64,000 bases of DNA from Botryllus schlosseri (taxonomy: Eukaryota). The stretch covers positions 2,420,001-2,484,000 of the forward strand of contig CM119371.1 in assembly GCA_051294905.1 (NCBI GenBank), in the 5' to 3' direction. The translations under genes and the position numbers were made by a program. The first letter of the stretch is position 1, and the number at the start of each line of letters is the position of its first letter. Shown here one piece after another: positions 62,488 through 64,000 of this stretch. The notes beneath the pieces were generated by a model. That model ran no database searches. It saw only the letters and a list, made by a program, of their open reading frames with translations, and had not been told where the DNA came from.

Positions 62488-62801
62488 TTGTATTCGATTT
62501 TCCAGACACCTTGTAATGATGCCCAACAGCTCGTCGTCGATACTGCAGCTGCTTAAATTCAGAGAACGAAGGCTTTGATTCCTTGCTGCAAGCGATCCAA
62601 CGATATGATCTTCATCGCGATTCAATGAGATGTTAGATGCGTTGATGACGGAAAGATCTTTCATAAGATTGTCGTCACCCGATTCGTAGATTGCTGTATA
62701 GAGTTCCATGCGAACGAATCTGTCTTCGTATCCAGTCTTATCATGAAGTTGTGAACGGATCGATTGATATAAAGCTTGTTGCTTCCTTTTTTGATCCGGG
62801 A
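62488..62801 (-). CDS. NLR gene exon (HD2 end and first LRRs), phase 1-0
   Basis: ttgacag acceptor in phase with the 63448 donor; ...MELYTAIYESGD...NQSLRSLNLSSCSIDDELLGII...NRIQ|gtgagt. Confidence 0.8.
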
Positions 62802-62989
62802 CTGTCAAGCAATACACAATGTCATTGTCGTTGTACCGGTATTCGTAATGTTTGCCTAATCGTTTACGTAACAATTGAATAATTCACGCGATTGTGATGA
62901 GACAGGGTTCAAATGGAGTCATTGAACTTTAATGACTAGTTCACAATAACAAGATCATTTCATGCGCATTAATATCGCATGTTCGACTA

Positions 62990-63185
62990 AGATCGGCTCC
63001 AGAATTCATACCTAAGTGTTAAAGGTTTATTTAGGCTCACCCTCCGCAAGCTGTATCTTTCAAAAAGCTTAGAAGTGGGCCGTGCTACAAGTCGACGGAT
63101 GCGAAACCAAAAATGCAAAAAATCGGCATGGTGCAAATGACACTTTTAGTCGACAGACACCAGAAATACCCGAACAAAAAAACAA
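62990..63185 (+). mobile_element. Diverged, 5'-truncated family A SINE in an NLR intron
   Basis: ctccagaattc...gtgggccgtgctacaagtcg...tggtgcaaatgac...agtcgacagacacca matches family A. Confidence 0.7.
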
Positions 63186-63447
63186 TGTCACATAGTGATC
63201 ATCGATGGGCCCTGGTAGCGTTCACGTTCAATAATCTGCGAACTTATGCAGATATTAGATGTATAGGTTTTATTTAGCCGACTGAATGTAAAGAGTTATT
63301 TACCAGCCGTGTATGAATTTAAGATCTTTCGACTATTTCACCTCTTCGATTGTGACAATACCATCAAAGTCGTGATAAACCATAAGCGACCCATAATAAT
63401 CAATCTGTGCTGCGGCAGAATAGCCGCGGAAAACCATGATTACTCAC

Positions 63448-64000
63448 CGCTGTGAAGATAGTTATTGGATTTTATGTAAACGATGCCTGTAACGAATCTT
63501 CGAACCACGGACCATCGTTTCTCATGTAGATGTTGGTCAGCAAAGCGAGAGAACATTTCGAGCTCCATTTCCGAGATAAAACTAGCCGCCAGAAATTCCT
63601 GCATGCTTTGATGACAGAAGAAGAATGTGAAGTCGCCTTCCATCAAGTGACGGCTGAGGATGTTGTTGCCAGGCACTTTCGTCATCAAATCCTGCACTTC
63701 GTCAGCGGAAACTTTAAACCGATCCAAATCTGCTTTGTAGAATACGACTCGCCCCTCTTTCATGCCTTCAAACGCCATTGCCTTCAATTTGTGGATAATC
63801 GAGAGGATTTGCTTTCTGTTTCGCATATTTTCCACACTCCGTAAGACTAACAGGATCCTGCTGTATAATTCTGTCACGGTAGACGGAGGAGGTCTATCTG
63901 GATCAATTCCCATCACCACAGCAATCAAAATCAGGAAAACCGGGACCGATACAAGTTGCAACAATCGCGGTGACATGATTTTAATCTTCTCCCAGAGATG
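63448..64000 (-). CDS. NACHT-domain (NLR) exon, 5' end beyond the window: HD1, winged-helix, HD2
   Basis: Frame open to base 64000. LVSVPVFL (HD1 proline motif), TVTELY, LKAMAFEGM, FFFCHQSMQEFLAA (winged-helix His motif), WSVVRRFVTG; ends G|gtgagt. Confidence 0.88.

Noticed and set aside
62802..62874. N-terminal part of ORF 62410-62874 (and its tail 62410-62487)
   Set aside because: Outside the in-phase AG/GT splice sites; intronic read-through.

Overview
AT-rich, intron-containing eukaryotic (probably marine invertebrate) DNA dominated by DNA transposons. The centrepiece is an intact, apparently young 6,513-bp Mutator-like element (8035-14547). It has a perfect 8-bp TSD (GTGTTGAT) and Foldback-style TIRs built from (AAGCTAATGAA)-type tandem repeats. 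Its single intronless ORF (~991 aa from ATG 10159) fuses an N-terminal PHD finger and an OTU deubiquitinase-like protease (catalytic Cys and His intact) to a MULE DDE transposase. The element sits in an intron of one of at least four partial, unprocessed, decayed copies of an RBM28/Nop4-like gene on the minus strand (about 1.4-37 kb); a paralogous copy preserves the empty insertion site. The right end holds the 3' part of a minus-strand NACHT-LRR (NLR) gene that runs off the window, with increasingly doubtful exons towards about 42 kb. The rest is a dense mosaic of hAT MITEs with clean 8-bp TSDs (several nested up to three deep), TA-flanked MITEs, a CACTG-ended element, two tRNA-derived SINE families and local tandem duplications. 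Family assignments come from motif recognition by eye and remembered consensus sequences; no searches were run.
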